In this document: piece by piece, positions 49,990 through 62,989 of the stretch
Position numbering within the stretch: the first letter of the stretch is position 1
How the letters are laid out: each line of letters starts with the position of its first letter
Assembly (NCBI GenBank): GCA_030390025.1
Contig: CM059427.1
Coordinates: 3,720,001 to 3,784,000, forward strand
Direction: 5' to 3'
Source: Squalus acanthias
Taxonomy: Eukaryota
DNA length: 64,000 nt
Program-made: the position numbers and the translations under genes
The notes under the pieces: generated by a model
Seen by the model: only the letters and a program-made list of their open reading frames with translations
The model's database searches: none
Told to the model about the DNA's origin: nothing

Positions 49990-52900
49990 TGAGCAGCGGC
50001 TGTCCAGTAAAATCAAACTTAACAGTAGAATTGGAAGAAGTAAGGAATCGTGACATTACTCCAGCCATTTCAAGAGCTGCTCAGAAGGAATACGATTTAA
50101 CCGGGCGGGGGAGTGCACAAACTTGAATATCGAATACATAGATTTCTACTAAATTTACTAGTTTTAATCATACTTTTTACAGTGTATGTTGAAAGTGATA
50201 CAGTAGTTAATTATAACAGAGGTCCTGTGAGGGAACACTTAGGATACGGAGTTATTCATTACATGCTTTAAAAGACCAGCATTGTCGTGTACTGGGCAAA
50301 ACACCATGGACTAAAATGATCTTTAAGTTTCAGTGAGTGTTCTCTAGTCGGACTTCTGCTAGTAAATTCGATCTGATACATTATATAAACAGTAAAGGGA
50401 AAACATGATCAAGTCTGCGTTAAAATAAATTGGCAGTTCTTTAATATGTTTGGAAGCAGCCGAATTAAAGTTTAAATGTATGAGAAAGAAGTTTTTAATG
50501 ATGATTCGCATTCTACTAAAAAAAAGTGCAAAAGTGAGGGCAAAACAAGATGTAGTGAGAGTTGGAGCGTGCGGCGTCCCGATCGCCCTGATAATTTGAC
50601 CGCGTCTCTACATGTTTTGTGGCTTGTGTCGGAGTTTGTTATGACAGGTCCAGTAGACACAACCAAGGCCACCGACTGAGATGAGAAAAAGTTAACTTTT
50701 TGCATGGACAGGAGTGAACCGTGTCATACAATTCTTCAAGATAAACTTAGTGGCGTGTCACCGAGTTGCTGTGAATTGGGTTCAATCACCGTGTACTTAA
50801 TGTCATCTCACCGAGGGGCACCAGCAAACGGCGTTGGGGGCAAATTTTTCATCCCTCAGAAAAAAGGTGAAAACTTATTTCTGGAGCCATTTACTCCAGA
50901 AAAAAGACCCGATTTATTAGCTTCGTGACCTAGAAGCGAGGGACGGTGTTCGGCAGAGTGTGCCCCCATCCAATCTGAAATAGATATTAAATAAACTGGC
51001 TGCAGTTGTGAGCTTAGCACATTTTAATGCAAAAGTTAATAAATAATCTTTATAGGCCATTTCTGGAGTTTTAAGTTCTATGCATGACCGCCTATTTAAT
51101 TAAGCGTATTATTCGATACAGTATTAACAAAATTCAACGGAACCTGTTGATCTGAGAGCTTTCAAGGTGGATTAATAGATCGTCGGTGTGACTTTAAATG
51201 TTAAGCCTAGAAGTTCTTTAAGGTATCGTATTTTAATCAATCCCAAAATATTGTGGTTGATGAAAAATTTCATTTCTTTTCCCTGCTTTTTAAAAAACTT
51301 TATCAAATAACCCAACTAAACCCCAGGTGTTAGCAGCTAAAATCAGACGTCACAGAAGCGACTTTCAATTTCAAAATGAATGTCGGAGTGTAGACTTCTG
51401 ATATAAAGCAGGGGGTAACGTTTTTAGAGTCTTATTCTACACATATGAATGCACACACAGGTAAATGTATGCATACCACACGCATCTACAGATCGGTGCA
51501 CATAGTGATATATATGCAGGCATACTTACATGTATTTAAGCAGACATCTACACAGATACATATATATATGTCATACGTGTCTAATACCTTATACCTCCAG
51601 GCAAAGCAAATATATTCAGAACGGTCTGTCCGACTGTTTCCTTTTAATTAGAAGCAAAGCGCTTCGATTTCTCCCCCTTATATATGATTATGTGGACCCT
51701 ATTCCTATTCCAGACAGTCATACACTTAACAACAAGTAAAAGAACAGGACTTCGTGCTGTGTTTCGGACCTTCCTTATGGGAAAAAATTGAGAACAGAAA
51801 CACATTAGGTGAGCGCGAATTTATAGTAAATCGCATAACCGGGTTTTGCACACAATGACCCTTTTCCAGTGGTCATTGATGGCTCCATTCGGGGCACCGA
51901 ATTTCCTCCTGGGGAATCCCATAAACAAAACACAGCAGAAGTCTTCTGGACCTCTGTTTGATGTCCGGCTTTTTTTCCTTTTACCAGTTTGAAACTTAAC
52001 ATTTGAACTTCATAAACACAAAATCACATCCAGATTAATTCTTCAAACTTTTATTGTTAAAATGTCAACAATAACTGAATATCAACATATATTTAACATC
52101 GATTACATCGTGTATCATACGTGCGATGAAACGAAACAGTAAGGAGATTCGAAATATTGACAACCTTAAAAAAAAACTAAAGGCCGTTTTCATGGGCCTA
52201 TTGAGATTCAACTCCACTAAAATGCACTTTTCAATGAGTTGGGAATTGTAAGCAGTTGCTATGTACCGTCTCCCCGGAAAAGGTATCCTACATTTCAGTT
52301 GTGACAATCGGTTCACCGCATCTCCTCTCCGCAGTAATCCTGGGCACACAGACACATCATTTAATTCTGAATTTATGAAATCGACCGTAAACTGACAAGT
52401 TGTCCTTGAAGAACATATTGCAGCTTCTTTGCGCATTAGTTATGTTACAGAATATAATCCTGTATTGCCTTTTTAAAAAGTTTTCTCTATTACTTAGACT
52501 GCCCCACAAGGCTGTAACATCACTTAACCTCACTGAGACCTTGTCGCCAGCGGTGTGGAAAGCCGTGCATAGAGCACATTTGTTATTCTATTGAAAATCA
52601 ATAGCAATGGGGATGCTTCCTTTTACTGACGTTTTTGGCTGTTGACAGAATTGTTTGTAGGTCTGTAGCGATACTCTTAAGAATTATTAAGTACATCTGG
52701 AAAACTACAGCATTTTCTAACCAACTATAGAGTTTATGTCATTTTATAGTCAGCCTCGTGAATTCAAAGTATAATTTGAATGATTACAATTTAAAAAAAC
52801 ATTTATTTTTAAGAGAAAAATCACGAGTATTTACAAAAAACACGAGGCGACGGGTGTCCTTTAATCGGTTGCAGAGTCTGGCCTGTGAAGGGTCTGCGAG

Positions 52901-53625
52901 TGGCCAAACTGTCACATCGAGCGACCTTTACTACTTTTTAAAAGGCGTGACGTTCAGATCCTTTTCTTAATTTTTCCTCGCTGTCTCTCTCCTATGAAAT
53001 ATCTGTTTTCAAAACTGGAGTCTGACAGGGACTGTCACCGAATGCTGGGGTCATGCTGCCTAAAACAAATCCAGCCCGAAGCGACGCACTCGCCTGGGTT
53101 CAAAATCGCCAGTGAGAGATACAGTTAAATGTAGGATAATAGCAAAGGAATAATCCTAGTGGTCTCTCAAACCGTCTTCCCTCAATTCAGTGAACTGCAT
53201 CTTCATTCGTGACAGTCTTACATGTGGAATAAATATATTTTATTTACACAATTGGCTCTTCCGATTTGGCTGTAGGTTGGAGCAGATTAATTTCTGAAAG
53301 ATTTGATCGTTTGGAGGGGGGAGAGGAGGGAGGGGGGGGGGGGGAAAGAAAAACACAATCCAGACAGATTACTGTTTTTTTTTACATATTTGCTTCAGAC
53401 AGTGGCAAATAAAACAGAGAACTGCTCACTCTGTCTGACTTAACACAGCCGAGTTGTAGGAAGAGCCGGCCGTGCTGGGGAGGGGTGAAGCTGCTCGGTG
53501 AAAAATGATCCAACTTTCTATTACAATCAGTTACATCTGCGGGCTTGTCAATTTCAGGGACTTTTTTTTCTGGATCCTCGAACTTCCGCCACTTAAAAAA
53601 AAAACCTTCTGTAATTAATTGTCGC

Positions 53626-53798
53626 CATGATGCGGAGATGCCGGTGTTGGACTGGGGTGGACAAAATTGAGAGGTCGCACAACACCAGGTTATAGTCCAA
53701 CAGTTTTATTTGAAATCACAAGCTTTCGGAACTAGTTCCGAAAGCTTGTGATTTCAAATAAAACTGTTGGACTATAACCTGGTGTTGTGCGACCTCTC
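53626..53798. mobile_element. PLE family A insertion forming a perfect 138-bp palindrome
   Basis: 53665-53802 is self-complementary about ACT|AGT; TSD AATTAATTGTCGC at 53613-53625 and 53799-53811. Confidence 0.92.
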
Positions 53799-56159
53799 AA
53801 TTAATTGTCGCACCATGGAGTCAGCCGTCATATTTTATGCATCAAATAGTTAATAAATGATACCACACTGGAGATAAACACTCAGACTTCCACCGCCGCG
53901 TTATATAAAGAAAGATTGTGTGGAGGAAAATGCAAATCACTGCGAGCTTCAATTGGAAACTACTCAATATCCAACCAGTGTGTCGGCAGATGCCATCCGA
54001 TGGGCATTAAACTGCCGGTCTAAAAATAAAACCAATTATAATGCAATGAATATCGACCGAGACCGTATTGAACGCAAACACGCTTATCATTCTGGCGATA
54101 GATATTATCAGGCTATTGATGTGTGCTTTCTGAGGGCTTTACTCACTGACTCTTCGGCGTCTGCGGCCGGGTCACTTCACACAACTCTCCGGGACTGTTT
54201 GACATTTATTTCGGAAGATCCCTGGTTGCTTCCAAGTTTTATTTCTCTTCCTCGTCCTGCGATTGTTCCAGTCTATTCGTCTGTCCCGAAAGGTAATGTT
54301 TGCTCTTTCTGCTTCGTGTTCCCCCCCCCCCCACCCCATCCAAATCCCGATTGGCCCTACTTTATTTTATTTTCGAGGTGATGAGGGCGATTGACATGTG
54401 AATGGGTGGCCGGGGCAGGCCAGAGCAAGCAGGAATTTCGAGTTGTGCGATCCGGTTACGCTTTGCTGCTCGTGTATGGCACAGTGGCGCCACCGTACGG
54501 GCAGCTCTCCCACCTGAATTTAAGGAGGATTTGTGTCGAAGGGACTGGGGAGAAGGGAAGCATTATCATTAACCTTTTATTGTTTGAAAAATGCAACGGA
54601 ACAGTCTCAAAAAGAAAATAACAATCACTTGCAAACATCTTTAATTTTGCTCCCGGGGAAGAAATATTATACTGCAATCTCTTAATAGACATTTTGCATC
54701 ATTACAGAAATGCAGCTACAGTATTCGAATTAGTGTTTGGAGATGAACCAAAGTTAATAGATAACACATTTTGTCGGGTTTCTTTCCGTATTCAGAGTCA
54801 TGGTGGTACAAAAGAATGTGGCTGGATGCTTGAGAAGCCGAGTGTTGTAGCTGGGTGCATGTTACTGTTCAGGGAGGCAGGAAATTTGGCTTGTGGGTTC
54901 AGAGACTGAGTTAAAATAACTGTATTGATTTTTCTTTGGCATCTAAAATGTTGGTAATTAGTCTGGGGTAAAATCAAGCTTAAAACCCGTGGTTAATTTT
55001 AAAGATAGATGTTTCATTTAACTCTTTAAGTCCTGACCAGCACTTTTTTTTAGTATTCAAATAAGGAGTTAAATAATGTGGAAATCAGAAATCGCCGCCG
55101 TGTACTTTTTAACTCGGCGTTTAATCGGTTTCATTCTGCACTTTGCTTCCTAAAATGGAGCAAATTGGTTTTTTACGGTTACGAGCCACCTTAAACAGAC
55201 AGCCTCTTTGACTGAGTCACCAGCACAAGCGAGTAACAAAATAATGCCAGCAAGTTTCTGTCATTTGGTCACAGCGAGTGTGCTAGCGTCGTGTCGCTAG
55301 ATGTGCTCAGTCCCAAATTGCATAATTCGTGATGCAGGGACCCTGGTAAATAAAGGTTCAGGAGAACAAAGATATTAAGAATTTTTTTTCTTTTCCCGGA
55401 GGTTCTCTGCATTGGGGTTAAGAGCAGCGGACTAGCTGGCTGGTGTCAAATTTGAGAACAGAACCAGAAAGCGAGAGCGAAAGAGAAATAAGAGTCTCTT
55501 CACTCCCACTTTCCCAGATACCGAGCTCCTCCGACGCGTTGCAAAGCCCAGAAACTCCCGGTGCGCTCCTCAGCCAGGCTAAAACCCTTCAGCACACACA
55601 CAGGACTTCTTGACATTTCCAGACATTCGGCTTTCATAGACAAAAGAAGCGGAAAGAGAGAGGGGCTGAGAAAAAAAGGAACTTGACTTTATTAAATATT
55701 CAACACAGGCTCTAGACAAATTTACGTTCACTCTCATAAATTATTAAAAGCCGAAAGCATCTGTCTATCAAGAATGCAGTTTATTATTAACTAATTTCAC
55801 ATGACAGTGCACTTGTTTTATTTATACAACGCCTCTTTGAAAAATAAAAAGCAGAGCAGTACTATAGCTTTTGATTGTCCATTAACGCCCGGGGGAGAAA
55901 CTGCGTGTGATAAACGCATCTTCCCTTTACATGAACTTCTGTGTGTGTATATAGTATAGTACGTTGGGTTTTGTAAGGAGCGTGCGCTCCTGTATATATA
56001 TACGTATCTCTGTGGGTCTGTATGGCTACATGTGTGAATTTGTATCCGTGTGACTGCACATGTGTATCTCAATCTGTGTATGTCTGCATGTGTGTATCTG
56101 CATCTGAGTGTGTTTGTCTATGTGTGTGTGTGTGTGCAATGTTTGCTGTATTGCGTGCA

Positions 56160-57170
56160 TCTATTCAGAGGGCCCAGCCAGCCATCTAATGATCTGATCA
56201 TGTGGTGTTATTATCTGTAATAAATGCGAACCGTCTTACAGTAATCAAGCTGATTAAAAATTCTTGCGCGCCAAGGACGGGAAGAGGGTGGGGGGCGATT
56301 TTCTCCCGTGTTAGTTCTTTAATCAAACTGAGCGCCGCCGTCCGAGCGACCAGCAGCAAGAGCGGCAGCGAGACTCTGCCGCCCTCCCTCTCTCCCTCCC
56401 TCCTTCACCTTGGGGGCTCGATCACTCTTACCTTTGAATGCAAAAAAAAAGTCTCTCCCGGACCAGGAACGGAAGCGAGCAGTGATATGGAGAGAGGAGG
56501 ACAACCCCGAGGAGTGCTGATGAGTCAACGCAACTAATAATTTCTCTCTCATTCTGTCGCTGTCAGTCCCAACGTTTCGACCGTGGAGATATGATCAAAG
56601 TGACACCGGGCTATCCTCCCCCTCCTTCTGCATTGGATCGGCAGCTCCCCTGAAAGTTTTTTTAAAAATATATAGAATTTTCGAAGTGATTGCTTTCAAT
56701 CCGTTTCTTTTTTTAAAAAAAAATAGTTTTTTTTTTACTATTATTGATTTGTGACAAGGAGTGACCGCTTGAAGGGAATCCTCTGGAGTGGAGTGTATGT
56801 GAGTTCCACTTTCTTTCGCCCCCACCCCCGCCCCTCTCTCTCCATCCACCCCCCTCTCTGCCAGATCGGACAGGAGCCGTCATCACCACAGCGGGAGATA
56901 CAGAGAGGATCTGAGTCGGTGACTAAGATCCAGCCTGCTAAACTTCCAGACCTGGATCCCCTGCTTCTCACACATGGACAGAGTCATACTTCAGCACATC
57001 CAGCCTACAGGCACATCCTAGATAGTAAGTCACAGGGACACAGTGGGAGAAATTCTTTCAAACTGCAGGAGGGAGAGAGAAAGGGAGAGAGAAAGGGAGA
57101 GAGAGAGAGAGAGACGGCCTCGTCTCCAGCGAGCGAGCTACCTAAAAAAGAGAGGAGCAGTTGTTAAAAG
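56160..57170 (+). promoter_or_regulatory. Likely promoter / non-coding first-exon region of the SATB gene
   Basis: Repeat-free; TAAT/TAATCA-rich block followed by CpG- and CT/GA-rich tracts; candidate donors GTGAGT (56799) and GTAAGT (57025). Confidence 0.45.
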
Positions 57171-57901
57171 TTGGATTTAAACCAAGGGAGATGGTGACAG
57201 AAACACTCGATTTGGTTACGATGTCATATTAAATCACTTTAATCTTTCCGAGCGTGGTATTGCTACGTTTTGATGCATTTAAACGGCGGAATTCCCCCAA
57301 GTGTTGCAGAAAAAAATGCTCTTGTCAGAGTTAAAAATGTCAAACAGCTGTTTAAAGCGTTATAAAGTGACAAGTTCGTTTAAGCGAAAGCTTCTATATA
57401 ATGCATTTTGATGCCATAATTTTCGTTTCCCGCAGCCCATTAAAAGGATTTAGCGTTTGTTTAAGTTGACAAAGTCTTAACTTTCAGTCAGAGTCACATT
57501 TACAGCAGGCTGAAATTATTGGCTGCGGATTTTCTAAGATATGAGTTTTTAGGAACAGTTTTGGGTCGGATGAGTCAATATATATTTGTGTAGGTATGTT
57601 TGCATGTGCCTGTGTGTGAGAGAGAGTATCTTTCATTCAGGCTCCACTTTTACTACAACTGTTGTTCGTAAGAATCAAAGCGACTTAATTTGAAAGCTAC
57701 ACTTAACAAGGTCTGTCTGTGCGTGTGTGATCTGTCGAAATGCATCGGTAGATATTTGCTTTTCGAGGTCGGGCAAGTTCGTGCACTGTGATCATAGCAG
57801 ACTTGACACATATTCGATTCTTCCGATTGTCTTTCTTTCTAGGTCTATGCACTCTCCACGGTGATCTGCATTCGGGAGCTCTCACACACTGGTGGCGGAG
57901 A

Positions 57902-58079
57902 ATGGAAATGAAAAGTGCGAGCCCCTGCCCCTACCCCCGAGACAGCCCAGAAAGAAAGAGCAGCAGCCCCGAGGCGCAGGGTCCACCTCCCGGTAAGAAG
58001 GCCAGGCTGGAGCCGAATGGTAGCCCGACAGACGGAGGCAGACGGAGATCCACTGGCTCCCCTGTCAAGGCGCTGGGAG
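57902..58079 (+). CDS. SATB2: SATB2-like homeobox protein, first coding exon
   Basis: [46 protein letters not shown] resembles human SATB2 [40 protein letters not shown]; acceptor CTTTCTTTCTAG at 57842; phase-1 donor G|GTACGA at 58080. Confidence 0.85.
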
Positions 58080-61000
58080 GTACGATGCAGCAGCCTGCGA
58101 ACTGACAGCAGGGCCACATTCAGACTGGGTGTCAGGGTTCATGTTGATTAAACTTTCTGTGTGCTTGGTGTAGGATTACAGGAAGAAGCTCGGCCGATTT
58201 CCAGCTCATTGATGCCCTGCCCAACACCAGCAGCACCTATCAGCCCCCTTGTCACCATTCAGTGGAAAACGCCAGGCTTTCCCCGGAGGGGGGACTTCAT
58301 GGGCTCCTCGCCACTTGAGTGGCTTCCACGCCGCCGCCAGGTTCATGTCCTAGCTGTCTAGTTCCGTCTTTTGTTTTTAACTTACCAGAAGTGATTCTCA
58401 GTCCGTTTAAAACCGGTCCTCACGTTGAGAGAGGGTCCAAGCGCACAACTTGAAAGGGAACTTTAGTATTTTAAGGGTTGGGGGGTGGGGTGGGGGGGGG
58501 GGGGGGGTGGTCTGTACGTAGTGACATGCACACCAAGATGACACTAAGTTCCAAAGCATGGAGCTGTCCTCAATCACCAGTTCAAAAGCAGAAACAAAAT
58601 GCAGCTCGACTCCCTGACTGAAGCCCGCTAGTAAATTAAGGAGATTTACCTAATGCCGATATTAATTGCAATATTTAGCAATTGTGATATTAATATCTTG
58701 TTATCACAACTTGTTTGCTATTTCTCTTTGGTCAGTATCCTTTCAAACACTATGTCGCGCACAAGCAGTTGTTTAAAACATCGCACAGTCCCTGAGGAGG
58801 TGTAGAACATGAGTTGGAACCGAGCTCTCGAAACAGCACAGACCCCCTCCCCACCCAGGCTGCCCCGACTGCTGCATACAGTGTAAAATGCCCAATTTAT
58901 TTATACTATTCTGCTAATATAGATAGTACCGCTGAACGTGCGTGTGAAAATTACTTGTCTATTTTTTGGGTCTAAGAGTTTTTATAGGAGCCGGGGGACG
59001 CCAACAGGGATTGTACTTTCTATATTTAGAAGAGTTGCAAAGCAGGATTATTAAAACCAGCAGTTTTAACCATTAATAGTTACATTTACTTTGCCAACCA
59101 GACCGAGAACACAAAACATGTCACCTGCTAAATTAAAGGTTAATATTAGTTTTAAATGTCAGTCCTGTCCACTGAATAATTAATAATTAGGCAAAACTCA
59201 AAATGATGTAGTTGTTCTCAAGTAGGACAAAGGCGGTATGTAGTGTTATAATCTCTCCAGGAGACCCGTGTGCTCTTAAAATATGTCCAATATATGTGTA
59301 ATCGTGTTCTTTTGTGAATCTGGCCAAGAGAATAACTAATCTCCCATGTGCATGGGTTGTTATTAGGGTGTTTATTTGTTAGCAGTCAATATGCCTATGA
59401 TACTCCAGGACCGTATTCTGTTTGGAGATATTTAGATGTCAGCCCTCGCAGTGTGGTATTCTTAGTTTAACCGTAATCTCTGTCAAAAGTCTGAACAAAT
59501 GAGGCGTTGATTTGACCCCACGATAGTGACAGGTTCAGGTCATAGGTTTTTAGAGCAACTAAAAGATTGCAATCTTGTTACTCTAATTAACATTACTCCA
59601 GTTAAATAAAGAAAAGATGAGGAAATAACCTCCATATAAATTTTTAAAGAATCAAATAAATTTCAGGAAAGAAGGTTAATCTCCAAGTGACAACTTGGTA
59701 ATCAAACCACACTTGGTGAAGGCAAGGTTTACAGGTTAATAAGGAGCACTGGATGAAGACGCTGTTATGTATGATGACTGCACTATTAAGATTTTTGGAC
59801 TGAGAAACTTGGAGTGAACATATTGACACTACTGTAATGTGCTGGAGTTGTGGATATGCGATATCGATTGTTGTTGCACTTGTTGAAAGGATATGCAAGT
59901 GGTTTGTTGCATTGTAAAGTGTTGTGGATATAAAAAAAATTAAGAGAATTTGCAAAATAAGTCATAAATATTCATGAGGAACAAAGTGCATGTAAAACGG
60001 AGACTCAGTAATCAAATTCCATTTGTCACAAGAGCATTGTGCCATATACATAGGTCAAATTACATTATAATATGGCACAAAGTGTCAAATATGTTGAACT
60101 TTCAAGGCTGATGGATTAACAATCTTTCAATTAGCAAATCACTAAGGTTCTGTAATCACATTTTAGGTTTGCAAACTGTAAGGTTACAGGAAAGTAGGGT
60201 TTAAATGTAAGTTTATATTTATAAGCATATTTTTATAAAGCTTACCTACAGACTGCATTTATCATCTTCCAACTGGCAATGGATGTCCCCTCCTCCTCCA
60301 GTGCCTCATAAGAATATATAAAAACAAAGAATGAGAAAAGGTCATTTGGTCCATTGAAGTTTATCCCATTCTCGCACATTCACTCGCCAATCATGGCATC
60401 TGATTGTATTTTGTAACTGCAATTTATAGAATGGGACTGTTAAATTCTCTTTGTAAATTTATTTGCTAAGGATAAATTATTAGATGGAAAAGTATAGCCA
60501 TACACAGTTATTGTGCTGAGTACACTCTATAAACTTACCAGTGAGTTTTCAGTATTGAATATTCTTGCTTTCTGCTGATCACATTTGCTTAGTAATGTAT
60601 TTATTGAAGGAAGTCCAGACTGGCCTGACTAGGATCACCTATCGCCTTCTGGTTTGATTGCCCCTATTTGTTTTTTGTATCTGGCATCTTAATTGAGTTG
60701 GTATTTAGAGACAACTATCACCAGCAGGGGCCCCTTAAAAATCAGACTTACAAAGAACTATAATCAACTTTAGAATTCATATTTCCTTTTGTTTTTGTCC
60801 CTTTGGTTTTTTTGAACGTTGTTTTAAAAATCAAGAGACAGGAATAAAGTTAAACTGAATGAGAATATTTTGCAATGGCTTGAATTTTTTTAAATGAGGT
60901 CCTAATGGGGATGCAACTTCTTAAAAAAAACTGATCGCTTCCTTCTCGAAGAATGTTAATTCCTCCTGTTTAAACCGTTGGGAAGTGTAACAGGATTTTT

Positions 61001-61442
61001 TTGCAGCTGAATTTTGCAGCGAATGTTTTCTGTTTGCTCAGAGGACTTTGCAAATACAGATTTGTTCTGAGATCTCATGCATCTAATGCGTTTGTTGTGT
61101 ATATCATCACAGTTTCAAAGGAAATTAAGTATAAGTATTTTTTGGTCGTACAAAAACTAAAATGTCGTTAAAGCAGTGACTTTTGGAGCTTGTCACGGGC
61201 AAAGGAAAGGACGGTGGCAGTAGTGCATAGAGCTGAGGGTTACAATAAAGACAGTCTCTGAGTTCTGAAATCTGCTCTGTTTACCAAAACCAATGGTGTA
61301 CTGCTAGTATTAATAAACAAATCAATGACCAAAATCTACGTGCTGTCAAACAGCATTACTGGTGATTGGGCTGTGATCAGATCTGACTGTTTCCGAAACA
61401 AAAGCCGGTGTATTATTTGGATTTTGTTTTCCCCCCATTCAG

Positions 61443-61619
61443 GATCAACCCTGCCAGTGTTTTGTGTGGTGGAGCAATCAGACAATCCTGTAGAATGTGA
61501 AGGGAAAGAGGAGCATGCCGAATTTGTGCTGATCCGTAAAGACGTGCTGTTCAATCAGCTCATCGAGACAGCCCTTTTATCCCTTGGATATTCCCACAGT
61601 TCTGCAGCACAGGCTCAAG
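61443..61619 (+). CDS. SATB2: SATB2-like protein, second coding exon (ULD/CUTL N-terminal domain start); gene continues beyond the window
   Basis: [49 protein letters not shown] is clearly SATB ULD; 177 nt, phase 1-1; acceptor TTTTCCCCCCATTCAG, donor G|GTAGGA; paralog identity uncertain. Confidence 0.92.
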
Positions 61620-62989
61620 GTAGGATCCATTTTTCTTTACTTGGCCACTGTATTTGTGTTCTGATTTGGAGAACAATTTCCTAATTAAATCTAGCATCAG
61701 AAACTTGCTATAGAGTGAAGGTAAAAAACACAGTGTATGTAAGGGTTATACAGTCGGTTTTCATTGCGATGTAAAAATGTCTTAGCAATGAGAGGTTGGT
61801 CACTATTTCTGTGAAGTGTAACCTCACAATGGTAAAGTCCCACAGAATTCATATCAATAGGACCTCAAGCGGTTTGGGGATGACACAGTATTGTAATCAT
61901 TACAATATTATTATGTCTTATGGCATCAGAAATCATCTGTTAGTAATTTTATGTGGAAGAGTTCCTAATTTTATACTTTTTGGTTGGGAAATAAATGTGC
62001 AGTATCACGAACAACAAGATATAATGACATTTGACTGAGGCGTTGTAATTTCCCAAAAGTTGTGACATTAAGCAATTTGTTTTAATGGTGGCCCATGCAA
62101 TGGAAAGCAAGATGCTGTGATATGTCTATAACCATATAATGAATCATGTTTTTGAAATACTTGGAGAGTGTTATGGTACTGCTGGGCAGGTCAAACTGTT
62201 TTCAGCAATTATATTTTTCCACCGACCTAGGAGGCATGTACACTAGAATTGCAGTGTCAGTGTGAAGGTCTGCAGTTATAATGTAAATGAAGCCTGAATC
62301 TAGAGTCAGAGCTTGACCCTAACACAGGAGCAAAGCTTTGCTTTGAAGTCAGTTTGGACCTTAAAAACCAATATACAAAGCACAAATTTAGTAGCAGTGT
62401 GAAGCCAAAAAAAGGCTTTGTGTCAATCGCATAAACACATCCTAAGATACTTTTTGTATTGTCCCATAGAGTTTAGAATTCATTTCAATACATTAAGATG
62501 TGTGTCAGTCTACATACAGAAGGATATGCTTTGTTCCTTCACTTTGGTTTGTTTGAACTGGGCTGGACTGTGTGTGGGGTCAGTCCATGTGCGATTTGTG
62601 TGTTTTGATACTGAGACAGACACAACTATGCCGTTCATGGCAATTTGCATTAATAGATTGGTTTAAAAAAATGCTCAAGACAATATTAAAAATTCTGTAA
62701 TTGGGGACCTGAAGACCATCAAAGGATTTCAACTTACCTTGTCCCTAATACAGCATATGATCATTATAACCATAAATAAGATTCTAGGTGGTCTAATAAC
62801 TCCAGCAGTATTTGGGGTGAGCTAGATTGGCCTTTTACCTGTTCGTACTGCCTTACGTGCAATAAAGCACTGAACCGCCATTCTAAGAACCTGGGTTTGA
62901 ATTCCAGTCTTGGCTGCCACTCTAATTCTGTTCATCACAATGAACGAGTTTCCTGGGCTTTCATCCTGGTTTCCAAAAAAAGAAAAAGC

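Noticed and set aside
60719-60735. CTCF site CCAGCAGGGGCCCC
   Set aside because: Lacks one G of the AGGGGGC core and the downstream GC; much weaker than the site at 49971
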